Shown here: positions 25,082 to 35,223 of the stretch, piece by piece
Position numbering within the stretch: the stretch's first letter is position 1
Layout: every line of letters starts with the position of its first letter
IMG/VR virus record: IMGVR_UViG_3300044580_000538
Span: 1-37,370 of that record
Direction: 5' to 3' (one strand)
Length of the DNA stretch: 37,370 nt
Source: a virus
Lineage: Duplodnaviria; Caudoviricetes
Notes under the pieces: generated by a model
What the model was told of the DNA's origin: nothing
Seen by the model: only the letters and a program-made list of their open reading frames with translations
Databases searched by the model: none
Program-made: the position numbers and the translations under genes

Positions 25082-25657
25082 ATGAACATAGAAATGACTA
25101 CAGAGCTGGGCGCCGTAAACGTCCTGCTCCAGACTATTAATGAAGCGCCGGTTAACAGCCTGGAGCTTCCTGGGCTGAACGATCTCTCAATGGCACGGAA
25201 CGTCCTCGCTGAAACCAGTCGGGAATTTCAGTCCATCGGATACGACTTCAACTCTGATAAGATCACTATCGCTCCTGACTCGGACGGGTATATCAACCTC
25301 CCGGCGAACACTGCCAGGGTTGATCCAGTTGATAAAACCAAGCGGTATATCCAGCGGGGCACCCGGCTGTATGACAAGACAGAAAACACATTTACCATCG
25401 GTAAACCTGTTGAAGTGGACATCGTCCTTTACCTGGCCTTTGAGGACCTCCCCGAGCCGGCTAAACGGTACATAACCATCAAGGCGGCGAGGCGCTTCCA
25501 GAACCGGGTCATGGGCGATGACGCTATCTATGTATTCACCAAGGAGGATGAGCTGGAGGCTAAGATGGCTTTCCTCGAACAGGAGATCGACTCCGGTGAC
25601 TACAACATGGGCCGGGACAGCTACACCATGCAGCTCGCCCTCCGAAGGGCGTGGTAG
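25082..25657 (+). CDS. Tail tubular protein A (T7 gp11-like)
   Basis: TELGAVN..L..I.EAPV, RG.RLYD, FEDLPE.AKRYI...AARRF. Confidence 0.93.
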   Translation: MNIEMTTELGAVNVLLQTINEAPVNSLELPGLNDLSMARNVLAETSREFQSIGYDFNSDKITIAPDSDGYINLPANTARVDPVDKTKRYIQRGTRLYDKTENTFTIGKPVEVDIVLYLAFEDLPEPAKRYITIKAARRFQNRVMGDDAIYVFTKEDELEAKMAFLEQEIDSGDYNMGRDSYTMQLALRRAW

Positions 25658-25666
25658 GGAGGCACC

Positions 25667-28006
25667 GTGGGCACATCAACAGTACGGGGTTCGATACCTC
25701 ACCTCCTGAATGGGGTCTCCCAGCAAGCCCCTTCTTCCCGTCTTGTCACCCAGGGAGCAGAGCAGCTTAACGGCCTCTCGAGCGTATTGAAGGGCCTTGG
25801 GAAGCGGCCACACACAGAGCACATCGCTCGTCTCACCACGTCATACAGTTATCCAACGAACCTTAAAGTACACTTCATCGATCAGTCCGTCTCTGAGCGC
25901 TACATCGTCATTGTAGATCATCAGAACGTGAGGGTCTTCACACTCTCCGGGGCTGAGATCAGCGTGTCAAAGACCCCTGCAGAATGGGCTTCTTATTTCA
26001 GCGGCACGAGCCCTTACCGGGATATCTCCTGTCTTACGATAAAAGACACTACCATCATTGCCAACGCCACAAAAACCCCAGCCATGACGTCAGACCGTTC
26101 CCCCTCCTTCCCTCCCACCGCCATCCTCTGGGTTAAGGCGGGGCTATACAGCACCTTGTATCAGGTGAAGATCGACTCATACACAGTCAGCTTCACTACG
26201 CCTGACTCAACAGGGGACAGCTCTCAGTGGCGTACCACCTCCATTGCCGAGCAGCTTAAGCTACTCATCCTTCCTTTAGGTGGGGGGAATGTTTATCAAG
26301 TTTACCAAACCGGCAGCGTGTTGAACATTGTTCGAACCAACGGGGCAGACTTCACAATCACCGTGTCTGACTCCTATGGTGACAACGCGCTGGCCTGCGT
26401 GAAGAGAACCACCCAGAAGTATCAGGACCTCCCTCGGAAATCATACACCAGCGGGTGGGTCGTCTGCATCACTGGTGACCCTGAATCACTCAAAGACAAT
26501 TACTATCTCAAGTACGATAATGGCTCGTGGGTCGAGACCACAGCAGAAGGGATACCTTATAAAATTGACGCGGCCACGATGCCCTATAAACTAGTCAAAT
26601 CAGGAAGCTCATGGAGCTTAGGACAAATCAACTGGGACGACCGAGAGGTTGGAGATGAGGATACCAACCCGACCCCCTCGATCATTGGGCAGTCAATTAA
26701 TGATATCTTCTTCTATCAGGACAGGCTCGGTTTTGTCTCAGGCTCCACAGTCTTCATGAGCTACGCGGGGGAGCATTTCAACCTCTGGGCTGATACATCC
26801 CTTGACACGATGGACGCCGACCCTATCGACGTCACCCCAGCAGTCAACAAGGCATCAAGCCTGCGCCATGCTCTTCCAATGTTTGACAGGCTCCTCCTCT
26901 TTGGAGACCGGGCACAGTACAACGTCACCTCGAACGGTGGGGTCTCACCTAATGATATCCGGGTAGACATTACCACCGGGTACGAGTATTCGGGGGTGGC
27001 AAAGCCGGTCGTCGCCGGGAACAGCGTGTTCTTCACGGTCTCCAGGGGTGGCTACACCGGGATCATGGAGTACCTCATTGACCCCGATACTCAGCAGACG
27101 CACGCCATAGACACCACCGAGCACCTTCCCACATACATTCCCGGAGAGGTCTTCAAGCTCCTCGCCAGCACGGCCGCAACGACCGTCATGGCTCTTACTC
27201 GCAACAGCCGGACCTCCATGTGGGTTTATAATTACTGGTGGAATGGGGCCGAGAAGGTGCAGTCCTCGTGGTCCAAGTGGACCTTTGACTGCACGGCAAT
27301 CGTGGGCGCGGAGATCATTGACTCCTACCTGTACCTAGTTCTCTATCGTGCCGATGACGGGCTGTATCTCGAGCGGATGAGCCTGGTCCCAAGCGCCGCT
27401 GCCCCAGGGATGGCAACAGAGGTCCTGCTGGATCGACGCTGTATAGCGACCGGGGTGTATGACATCAACACCGACCGCACCACATGGACCCTGCCTTACT
27501 CAGTCAGCACAGGCAAGGAAATAAGGGTAATTAGAGGGTCGGCCTTCTCCGGCAAGGGGACAGCCATCCCCAGCGTGACTAGGCCAACCCCCAGCACCGT
27601 GGCGGCGGTCGGAGACCACACTAAGGGGTCGTGCTACCTCGGGCTCCCATACAGCTTCGAGTATCAGTTCTCAGAGCTATTCGTGCGAGAGGGGGAGAGG
27701 CAGGAGAAGTCCATCATCACCGGGCGCCTCCAGCTCACCAGCATGACCGTGAAGTGTGCGGACACTCACTTCCTCAAGGCCGAGGTCACACCACGCGGAA
27801 GAGACACAGCGTCTTATACACTCTCTCCGAGCGTCAGCGAAACGCTCCTGGGGTCAACGGCGCCGGCGTCACAGACGTTAGCCTTCCCGATCTCGTCTCG
27901 CTCGAATCAAGTAACCATCACCCTCAAGAACGATACCCACCTCCCCTGCTGGATACAGTCAGCTGAGTGGCTCGGGAGGTACATCAACAGAGGAGCAACC
28001 AAATAG
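25667..28006 (+). CDS. Tail tubular protein B / nozzle (T7 gp12-like)
   Basis: SIPHLLNGVSQQ, GLGKRP, W..R.VGD..TNP.PS, FYQDRLGF, DPID, QSSWSKW, GRLQL. Confidence 0.95.
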   Translation: MGTSTVRGSIPHLLNGVSQQAPSSRLVTQGAEQLNGLSSVLKGLGKRPHTEHIARLTTSYSYPTNLKVHFIDQSVSERYIVIVDHQNVRVFTLSGAEISVSKTPAEWASYFSGTSPYRDISCLTIKDTTIIANATKTPAMTSDRSPSFPPTAILWVKAGLYSTLYQVKIDSYTVSFTTPDSTGDSSQWRTTSIAEQLKLLILPLGGGNVYQVYQTGSVLNIVRTNGADFTITVSDSYGDNALACVKRTTQKYQDLPRKSYTSGWVVCITGDPESLKDNYYLKYDNGSWVETTAEGIPYKIDAATMPYKLVKSGSSWSLGQINWDDREVGDEDTNPTPSIIGQSINDIFFYQDRLGFVSGSTVFMSYAGEHFNLWADTSLDTMDADPIDVTPAVNKASSLRHALPMFDRLLLFGDRAQYNVTSNGGVSPNDIRVDITTGYEYSGVAKPVVAGNSVFFTVSRGGYTGIMEYLIDPDTQQTHAIDTTEHLPTYIPGEVFKLLASTAATTVMALTRNSRTSMWVYNYWWNGAEKVQSSWSKWTFDCTAIVGAEIIDSYLYLVLYRADDGLYLERMSLVPSAAAPGMATEVLLDRRCIATGVYDINTDRTTWTLPYSVSTGKEIRVIRGSAFSGKGTAIPSVTRPTPSTVAAVGDHTKGSCYLGLPYSFEYQFSELFVREGERQEKSIITGRLQLTSMTVKCADTHFLKAEVTPRGRDTASYTLSPSVSETLLGSTAPASQTLAFPISSRSNQVTITLKNDTHLPCWIQSAEWLGRYINRGATK

Positions 28007-28026
28007 CTCAAACGAGGTAACCAAAC

Positions 28027-28551
28027 ATGATACCTTATCTCATCGCCGGCCTGGGCATCGCCAAAGGCCTGGCCGAAACCTTCTTCGCTTATTCGTCTGC
28101 ACGGCGAGAGTATAAGCAGAACCTACGACGTTGGCAAGACGAAGCACTCGAGCGTAAGGAGGCATACACCCACGAAGCCGCACAGTTTGACTTTAGATCA
28201 GAAGAGATCGAGAACCTGGCACAGAGTGAGGCTCTTGAGCGGCGACTAGAGCTGAAGCGTGAAGAAGCCCGGCTTGCGGTCGCTACTGGCGAAGCCGGCG
28301 TGGCCGGGAACACTGTAGACCGGCTGTTCGTGGGCGTGGCTCAGAAGGCAGGCCGTGACGTCGGCACCATTGACTACAACCGCTTTATAGCACAGCGCCA
28401 GAACTATACGCAGCTGCTGACTGCCTGGCGTCGTGGTCGCCCCCCGAAGTTCTACGGGGAAGCCCCAGACCCGAGGACCTACGCCGCAGCGGGCGCCCTA
28501 GGCGTTCTCAGCGGCGGGCTCGACGGGTATCTCGCAGCGAAAAAGGTGTAA
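28027..28551 (+). CDS. Internal virion protein (gp14-like)
   Basis: ATGEAGVAGNTVD motif, hydrophobic ends, position after tube B. Confidence 0.75.
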   Translation: MIPYLIAGLGIAKGLAETFFAYSSARREYKQNLRRWQDEALERKEAYTHEAAQFDFRSEEIENLAQSEALERRLELKREEARLAVATGEAGVAGNTVDRLFVGVAQKAGRDVGTIDYNRFIAQRQNYTQLLTAWRRGRPPKFYGEAPDPRTYAAAGALGVLSGGLDGYLAAKKV

Positions 28552-28554
28552 CGA

Positions 28555-30204
28555 ATGGAACGAGAGATCAGAAAGCCTCTTCGATCAAACACAATTAGGC
28601 CGAGCGGGGGAGCAGCTGTTAAGACTGAGGTCGCTGCTTTCCCGACCTCCTCCTATGTATCCAACAACTCGTGGGGACAGAGAGGAGACAACAGTGGCAC
28701 AGTGCTCTTGAAGAGCCTCCTGAACTTTGCCCCACAGCTCGGGAACTATCTGAACTACTTAAATGACCAGGAGGTCGCAGCCAACAGCGCCAGAGGCGCA
28801 GCAGACGCCACCAAGGGTAAGCCCATGGAGGACAACCCCGCAGAAGCCTACAAAGCGGCTTACTACAGGCTGAAGGGCAAGGCAGACCATAGTGACATCG
28901 CTGCCGCCCTGGCACAGCTCGCTGAGCGCAGCGGCCCCATGACGGTGGAGGAATACGAGACCGAGAAGAGACGCATCTTAGGCACAGCCATCACCGGGGA
29001 TGAGAACCCCTATTACCTAGATACGCTGGTGCCCATGCTCAGCCAGACGGTAGCAGAGGCAGACGAGTTTTACCACCGGAAGCAGCGGCAGCTCGCCATG
29101 CAGGAAGTCAAGAGCAACCTCTATAAGGACGTGAACAACTCCATCCAAGCGATCCCCGAGAACGAGAAGCCCGAAAACGTGGGCGCTATGCTGGCCCCCG
29201 TCCTCCACGAGAACCTCGCCATGGCTAAGGCCCTTGGCCTGACAACCCTTGAGATGAGTGAGATCCTTGTGGATACAGTGGGGACGACCGCCGTCACCCA
29301 GGGGCGCCCAGAGCTGCTTGATGCGTTCAAGGTGCCATACAAGAACGGCAGCGCCTACAACTCTGTGCTCAGGCCCAAGATCGACGACTACCTGCGCCAG
29401 GCCGACAGCATGAAATGGCAGAAGCTCCAGCACCAGAAGCAGATGTTCGAGTACGAACAGGGGCAATGGCAGCGGAGCTTGATCAACACGGTATACAAGA
29501 GTGTAAGCGACAACTGGGGGGACTTTACAAAACTCTCCCAGCTCAAGCAGCTCGTGGACAAGGCGGGCGTGGAAGGCACCGACGAGGGCTTCCTGCTCGA
29601 ACCCTCTCAATACAAAGACCTCACCGACACCATCAACGGGGCCATCGAGGGGCGGGGTATGCCCAAGCTGATGGACCCCTCAGCCTACTTCAAGGCAATG
29701 AGCGCCGCCCGGAGGGGCGCCTCCTTCAACACCATCATCGCCAATTATGGGTATGGTCTTCCACTCGCCCAGCGCAGGGAGGTCCTCTATGCCTGTGCCA
29801 GCGGGGATGCTGCAGGGGGTCCGGCGAAAGCAGCCTTCAACGGGATGCGGAACGAGTTGGAGAGCCTGATGAAGGCAATGTACCTGAATCAGAACGCCGC
29901 TAAGGGAACGATGTACTTCTTCGATGGGTTTGAGCGGGCTTCAGATGCCATAACCCGCTTCAACATGAAGATTGAGGCCGCCATAGCGGACAACAAGGGA
30001 AAGCTCCCGACACACACTGACCTGCTCAGGATGCAGCAGGAGTCCATCAAGGAGACGAACGAGGCGTTCAGCAAGACACCCGCCGACGCGCCGGGCCCCG
30101 CAGGGGGGCGCAATAAGACGAAGGGCGGGGGCATGTCGGGCGGCCCAGCCGTTGACAAGGAGCTCGTGGACGAGATGCTCAACTCCTTAATTAAAGAGAA
30201 ATGA
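28555..30204 (+). CDS. Internal virion protein (gp15 position)
   Basis: 549-aa helical protein; assignment by synteny only. Confidence 0.6.
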   Translation: MEREIRKPLRSNTIRPSGGAAVKTEVAAFPTSSYVSNNSWGQRGDNSGTVLLKSLLNFAPQLGNYLNYLNDQEVAANSARGAADATKGKPMEDNPAEAYKAAYYRLKGKADHSDIAAALAQLAERSGPMTVEEYETEKRRILGTAITGDENPYYLDTLVPMLSQTVAEADEFYHRKQRQLAMQEVKSNLYKDVNNSIQAIPENEKPENVGAMLAPVLHENLAMAKALGLTTLEMSEILVDTVGTTAVTQGRPELLDAFKVPYKNGSAYNSVLRPKIDDYLRQADSMKWQKLQHQKQMFEYEQGQWQRSLINTVYKSVSDNWGDFTKLSQLKQLVDKAGVEGTDEGFLLEPSQYKDLTDTINGAIEGRGMPKLMDPSAYFKAMSAARRGASFNTIIANYGYGLPLAQRREVLYACASGDAAGGPAKAAFNGMRNELESLMKAMYLNQNAAKGTMYFFDGFERASDAITRFNMKIEAAIADNKGKLPTHTDLLRMQQESIKETNEAFSKTPADAPGPAGGRNKTKGGGMSGGPAVDKELVDEMLNSLIKEK

Positions 30205-30221
30205 CAACAAAGGACAGATAA

Positions 30222-33200
30222 ATGGCAAACGATGAAACATTCAACCTCATGAGGGAAACGCCTGAGAAGGTGAGAGAGCTGTATAAGAAGGGCCTCATCA
30301 CCGCAGAGCAAGCGGCCTCTTATGCGGTGCAGAAGAACATCGAAAAGCGGGGCTGGCTGAAGATCGAGCCGAGGCAGGCGAAGCTGGCCCACGATCTGGG
30401 CATCCTCACAGATCAGCAAGCCGTCGATTATTACCAGCACAAGCAGAGCCCCTTCATGTACCGGGTGAAGGACGTCATAGGCCGCCCTATTCCCCACGCT
30501 GTTCGAGACCTTCTGAACGAGGGGCTCCAGACGCTCCAGGGAGTCGCAAAGCTCTACGACGACCTGAACAAGAAGATTGTGGGGGCCGCAGGTGTAGACA
30601 CAACGGAGTGGAGCGGCCCGAGTAACCTCCCCCAGTACGAGGTCAAGCCCATCGAGTCGTTTGTAGCAAAGCCCCAGACTACCACTGGTCAGGTCGTGAA
30701 GTCCCTCGAGCAGTTCGGCGCGGGGTATGCAATCGGCCTCGGGGGCGTCAAGCGGGCGGCTGCTGGAGCGAAGTGGCTTGAGGCGCTGGCCCGTACCCAC
30801 CCCAAGGCGCACGCCTTCATGCAGGCCTCTATGGCCGGCATCGTCTCAGACGGGGTCTTCTATGATCCTTATGAAAAGAGGATCTCCAACTTCATCGCTG
30901 ACTCAGGAGACCTCGGGCAGCTCACCCTCGGGTGGCTGGCCGCTGAAGACGAGGACGGGGTTATCGAGGCGAAGCTCAAGGCCGCAGCCGAGGGCTTCTT
31001 CGTGGGCTCCGCGTTTGAGGGGGCCGCTAAGGCCTTCATGGGCTGTGCGAAGCTCGTCAAGGGGAAGCTGTGGGCACGGAAAGCCGGGGACCCCGATAAG
31101 GTGGCCGAAGAGGTGCTTGATAAGTTCGGTGACCTCATGGAGGACTCTCCCCAGAACATGACCCTTACAGAACGCCTCGCCGCTGGGAAGGAGCTGGGGA
31201 TACTCCAGCCGCTCTTCCGCGTCGTGGACGACGTTGTTGAGGAGGCCGCCGAAGAAGGGGCCGAGAAGGCAACAGTAAAGGCCACAGCTAAACGAACCGC
31301 CGACGACTTCCTCACGACGAACACCGGTATGAGGCGGGTGGGTCCCAACTATGAGATCTATCGAAACCTCACGGAGAGCGACCTCCAGCAGGCAGCCAAG
31401 GACATCTTCGCCATCTCCACCGGGGCCCTGGACGTCGATATCAAGAAAGGCCTCCACCACAACTTCGATAAGATCAGCAGCCCCGACGACGTCCTGAAGA
31501 TGATCAACTACACCTCAGAGCTCATCCAGCGTAGAGGCGACAACCTGGCCGGGGACGTCCTTACGGACGTGGAGGCCAGGGAGATCGCTGCGGAGCTGGG
31601 CGTTGACCTCAGAGGCATGAGGAAGGTCTTCGGGGAAATGATGAACAAACCCTTCGAGGTCCGAGCATATCGGGCGTTCATGCAGAACTTTGCAGAGTAT
31701 ACGTTTGAGAACCTGACCAAGAACGCGGATACCCCCGAGGGGCAGGCGCGCTTCCTTCAGGCCTTCTCCCTGCTCTACGAGATGCAGCGGCTGGTCAAGG
31801 GGATGAGCGCCAGTGCTGGGCGCACCCTCCGCGCCTTTCAGGAGGTTATTGAGGGCAGCGAAGGCGTCTACCCACAAATCACCAAAGAACAGCTTGAGGC
31901 GCTGGTAAAGGCCGACGCCGCTGGGATCAAGAAGGTAATGGCTAAAGCAGCCAAGATTAAGACCACATCCCTCCGGCTCCTGTACGCCCGCCAGGCTGGA
32001 AAGCTCCGCTCCTTTGAAGCTCTACTTGAGCTGAGCCAGGCGGGGCTGGTATCAGGCATCCCGACGCAGTTGGTGAACGTGGTGTCGAACCTTGCCACCC
32101 TCGCCTATGAGACCTTCATCCACCAAGCCTCCATCGGCATGTACGGCTGGGTGAAGAACGAACCTGAAATGTATCGCAGAGCCTTTGCGTGGTGGCACGG
32201 CGCCCACCTGGGGCTGGCCGACGCTGTGCGGCTCCCAAAAGTATTCTCTACTAAACTGACCCCCGAGGATCTAGCAAAGATAGCTGATCCTGGGACCATT
32301 GATAAGGTTAAACTCTGGATCGACAAGGTGGTCAAAGAAGACCCCGAGTGTGGGACCGTCTGGCGTGCCCTGTGGACCGGCAAGCCTGTTACCGATACCC
32401 TTGATAAGGTAGACGAGCGCGGTGCTTTGCCTGAAGCATTCAAAGGTATTCCTATTGGCACCCTTATCAAGCTGCCCTTCAGGCTCCTGACGGCTGCAGA
32501 TGAGCTGTTCAAGTCGGTGGTCTACCGAAGCTCTCTGTACTCCGAGGCTTTCAATGAGGGGTGGCAGATGGGCTTAAAGGGTAAGGAGCTGGGAGACTTC
32601 GTAGAGACGGCGGCGACGTCGATCAACTATATGCGGAAGACCGGCGCCCTTGGTACGCTCTCGCCCCAAGCCTATGGAGCACACGCCCGGGCCATTGATC
32701 AAGCGAGGATCAACACCTTCACACAGCCCCTTGGGGTATCGGAGACCTCCACGTTCTTCAAGAGAGTAGGGGACGTCCTGTCAGGCATCCCGATCATGCC
32801 AAGCGCGGGGAACGACTCACGCTTCGGTTTGTACATGTCTGCCCTCCCTTCTGCGATTGGGCTGTTGGTGAGGATCACGGCAGTTCCGTTTTATAAGATC
32901 CTTGTCAACATTACCCGGTACACCCTACAGAACACCCCACTGGGGCTGGCCAGTAAGCGCTTCAGGGATGACTTCTTCAGCACCGACCCAATAAGAAAGA
33001 TCTCCGCAGTCAACCGCATTATGCTGGGGACAGCCACGATCTTTGGCGGGGCGGCATTGTACAACGCGGGCTACATCACCGGCCACATCCCACAAAACCA
33101 GAGGGACGCAGCAAACAACGTGGGGATCTTGCCGTATGGGGTACACGTTGGGGACAAATGGATCGGCTATGATCGCCTCGATTGGTTTGGCTCCCTCCTC

Positions 33201-34022
33201 GGAATCGGCGCCAACCTTTCGGTGGCTCACGAGCTGTTGGAGAAGGCGGGTAACGACCCAGAGAACACTGAGATGTTCGACGATTACCTTGCGAAGTCCT
33301 TGATGGTCCTCTCCGACACCATCGTTAATAAGACGTGGGCACAGGGCGTGCTTGAGCTACTCAACGCCGTCTCAAACCCTGAGAGGTTCGGGTGGAAGAA
33401 GTGGGCCCTGGGCCGTGCTCAAGCTATGCTCCCCTACGGCTCAGCCTTAAAGAACATTCAGAAGGCTTCAGACCCCCTCCTCCGTGAGCTGGTCGAGTGG
33501 GAAGACGTCCTGTGGAGCGTTCTCGACTCCTCGAAGATGATCCCCAAGAGGCACCCCGTCTACCAAACACCGATGGATGCCGAGCCTCGAGCGCTGGGCC
33601 TCTTCCGCATGAAGGAGCAGAGCAAGGACCCGGTGCTGATTGAGCTGGCGCGGGTTGGTGCCAACGTCGAGCCGTTGAAGCGGAAGCAGTCGTTCAACGG
33701 GCTCAAGGTGGAGCTGTCCAAGGAGGAGTTTGACGAGCTTGGTCAGATTAATGAAAGCCTGGCGGGTCAGCTCCGTGAGGCCCTCCTGAGACAGATGGAA
33801 GGCCTCAAGCAGGGCACGGATGATACCTTCAAGGCAGCCGAGTACCTGAAGACCATATCTCAGTTCCGATCAATAGCTCTGGGCCTCTTCTTCGAGAGGC
33901 ACCAAGACGTCTTAGTTGAGAAGCTCAAGTCAAAGATCGATCTTCAGGCGGCTGGCCTCAAAGGCCTTGAGCACCTCACCAACCCAAAGCAGGTGGACCT
34001 CACTAAGCAACTCACTAAATAG
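30222..34022 (+). CDS. Large internal virion/ejection protein (gp16 position)
   Basis: 1266 aa; LPFRLLTAADELFK, INTFT, VPF, GYITG..P and YDRLD motifs resemble podovirus ejection proteins; synteny. Confidence 0.75.
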   Translation: MANDETFNLMRETPEKVRELYKKGLITAEQAASYAVQKNIEKRGWLKIEPRQAKLAHDLGILTDQQAVDYYQHKQSPFMYRVKDVIGRPIPHAVRDLLNEGLQTLQGVAKLYDDLNKKIVGAAGVDTTEWSGPSNLPQYEVKPIESFVAKPQTTTGQVVKSLEQFGAGYAIGLGGVKRAAAGAKWLEALARTHPKAHAFMQASMAGIVSDGVFYDPYEKRISNFIADSGDLGQLTLGWLAAEDEDGVIEAKLKAAAEGFFVGSAFEGAAKAFMGCAKLVKGKLWARKAGDPDKVAEEVLDKFGDLMEDSPQNMTLTERLAAGKELGILQPLFRVVDDVVEEAAEEGAEKATVKATAKRTADDFLTTNTGMRRVGPNYEIYRNLTESDLQQAAKDIFAISTGALDVDIKKGLHHNFDKISSPDDVLKMINYTSELIQRRGDNLAGDVLTDVEAREIAAELGVDLRGMRKVFGEMMNKPFEVRAYRAFMQNFAEYTFENLTKNADTPEGQARFLQAFSLLYEMQRLVKGMSASAGRTLRAFQEVIEGSEGVYPQITKEQLEALVKADAAGIKKVMAKAAKIKTTSLRLLYARQAGKLRSFEALLELSQAGLVSGIPTQLVNVVSNLATLAYETFIHQASIGMYGWVKNEPEMYRRAFAWWHGAHLGLADAVRLPKVFSTKLTPEDLAKIADPGTIDKVKLWIDKVVKEDPECGTVWRALWTGKPVTDTLDKVDERGALPEAFKGIPIGTLIKLPFRLLTAADELFKSVVYRSSLYSEAFNEGWQMGLKGKELGDFVETAATSINYMRKTGALGTLSPQAYGAHARAIDQARINTFTQPLGVSETSTFFKRVGDVLSGIPIMPSAGNDSRFGLYMSALPSAIGLLVRITAVPFYKILVNITRYTLQNTPLGLASKRFRDDFFSTDPIRKISAVNRIMLGTATIFGGAALYNAGYITGHIPQNQRDAANNVGILPYGVHVGDKWIGYDRLDWFGSLLGIGANLSVAHELLEKAGNDPENTEMFDDYLAKSLMVLSDTIVNKTWAQGVLELLNAVSNPERFGWKKWALGRAQAMLPYGSALKNIQKASDPLLRELVEWEDVLWSVLDSSKMIPKRHPVYQTPMDAEPRALGLFRMKEQSKDPVLIELARVGANVEPLKRKQSFNGLKVELSKEEFDELGQINESLAGQLREALLRQMEGLKQGTDDTFKAAEYLKTISQFRSIALGLFFERHQDVLVEKLKSKIDLQAAGLKGLEHLTNPKQVDLTKQLTK

Positions 34023-34036
34023 AGGAGTACCAAACC

Positions 34037-34771
34037 ATGGGACTTAGCTATATAACGTACACCGCAGACGGTAGCACCACAGACTTCACCGTCACCTTCC
34101 CTTACATCAGTCCTTCCCATGTCCGCCTCTCGGTGGAACGGGAGGACGTGCCGTTCACCTGGGTAAACGCAACCACCGTGCGGGCAGCCGTTACCCCCGG
34201 CGTCTCCGACGTGGTGCGTATATATCGGGACACCCCGGTGACCCAGCTGGTGGACTTCACCCACGGTGCCCGACTCAGCGAAGAGGACCTCGATATTTGG
34301 ACCCGGCAGCTGCTCTACATCTGTCAGGAAGTCATCGAGGGCCGAGGGCTGACATACCCAGAGGGGATCTTCGTCCTCGCCCAGGACACGTCTCCGGTCC
34401 TCGGTGGAGACCTCACTCTTAACGGGTTCAAGGTTGGCCCGGCAACCTACGACGAGCTGGACAACATCACCGGCAGCACCGGGAACCTACAGGAGCAGAT
34501 CGACTCCCTGGCTCACTCCGACATCCTTGACGACGAGCCTGAGAAGCACCGGCAGATCAACGATGGGGGCACAGGAGCAACCGTCCTGTGGAGCGCTGAT
34601 AAAATCGCCACAGAGCTGGCAGGTCGATCCGCTTCTAGCCACAACCACGACCACGAGGCCCTCACCAACGTCATTGCCAGTAAGCACCGGATGGTTCTAT
34701 ACGGCAGCGACGCGGCCCCTAGCCCGACCGGCCTCGCAGACGGAACGATCTATCTTAAGCACGAGGCATAA
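34037..34771 (+). CDS. Short tail fibre/adaptor with T7 gp17 N-terminal domain
   Basis: YTADGSTTDFTVTFPYI, IYRDTP...VDF..G..L.E.DLD....QLLYICQE. Confidence 0.88.
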   Translation: MGLSYITYTADGSTTDFTVTFPYISPSHVRLSVEREDVPFTWVNATTVRAAVTPGVSDVVRIYRDTPVTQLVDFTHGARLSEEDLDIWTRQLLYICQEVIEGRGLTYPEGIFVLAQDTSPVLGGDLTLNGFKVGPATYDELDNITGSTGNLQEQIDSLAHSDILDDEPEKHRQINDGGTGATVLWSADKIATELAGRSASSHNHDHEALTNVIASKHRMVLYGSDAAPSPTGLADGTIYLKHEA

Positions 34772-34773
34772 AC

Positions 34774-35223
34774 ATGGCACAGCTGCTACTAATCAACGAA
34801 AAAGGGCTTATGCCCGGCACCAACAACATCGGGGACCTTGTCGCCATTGAGAACGATGACGTGTATTTGGAACCAGGGAACCACGAGGCATTCACGATAA
34901 TCAACGTCCCGGGAGTCAAGAAAGAGGAAATACAGAAGAACCTCGATACCGTGATCTCGAAGCCATTCACCGTGGAGAGCGCAGAACACAAGGAACTGAT
35001 CACCTGCTGGGACGACAACGGGACCCTAAGGCGTCTCGCTAAGCTGCCCAAGCACGCCATCAACCTCGCCAACCTCCTGAAGGAAGACATTAAGGCGCTC
35101 GCCAACGAAAAGATCCCGGTGGAAGAAAAGCTGCTTACTATCAAAACGAAAGCGGTAGACAAGATCGCCGCCACTCCCGCAAACAAGATGGCGCCCATCA
35201 TCAAGGCGTCGAGGGGGGACTAA
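34774..35223 (+). CDS. Hypothetical protein in the tail module
   Basis: Tightly packed between fibre and spike genes, GAGG RBS. Confidence 0.7.
   Translation: MAQLLLINEKGLMPGTNNIGDLVAIENDDVYLEPGNHEAFTIINVPGVKKEEIQKNLDTVISKPFTVESAEHKELITCWDDNGTLRRLAKLPKHAINLANLLKEDIKALANEKIPVEEKLLTIKTKAVDKIAATPANKMAPIIKASRGD

Noticed and set aside
13633-30812. Long minus-strand ORFs (e.g. 13633-14601, 24006-24950, 29889-30812)
   Set aside because: Antisense shadows of well-supported genes in GC-rich DNA, with no motifs or RBS.
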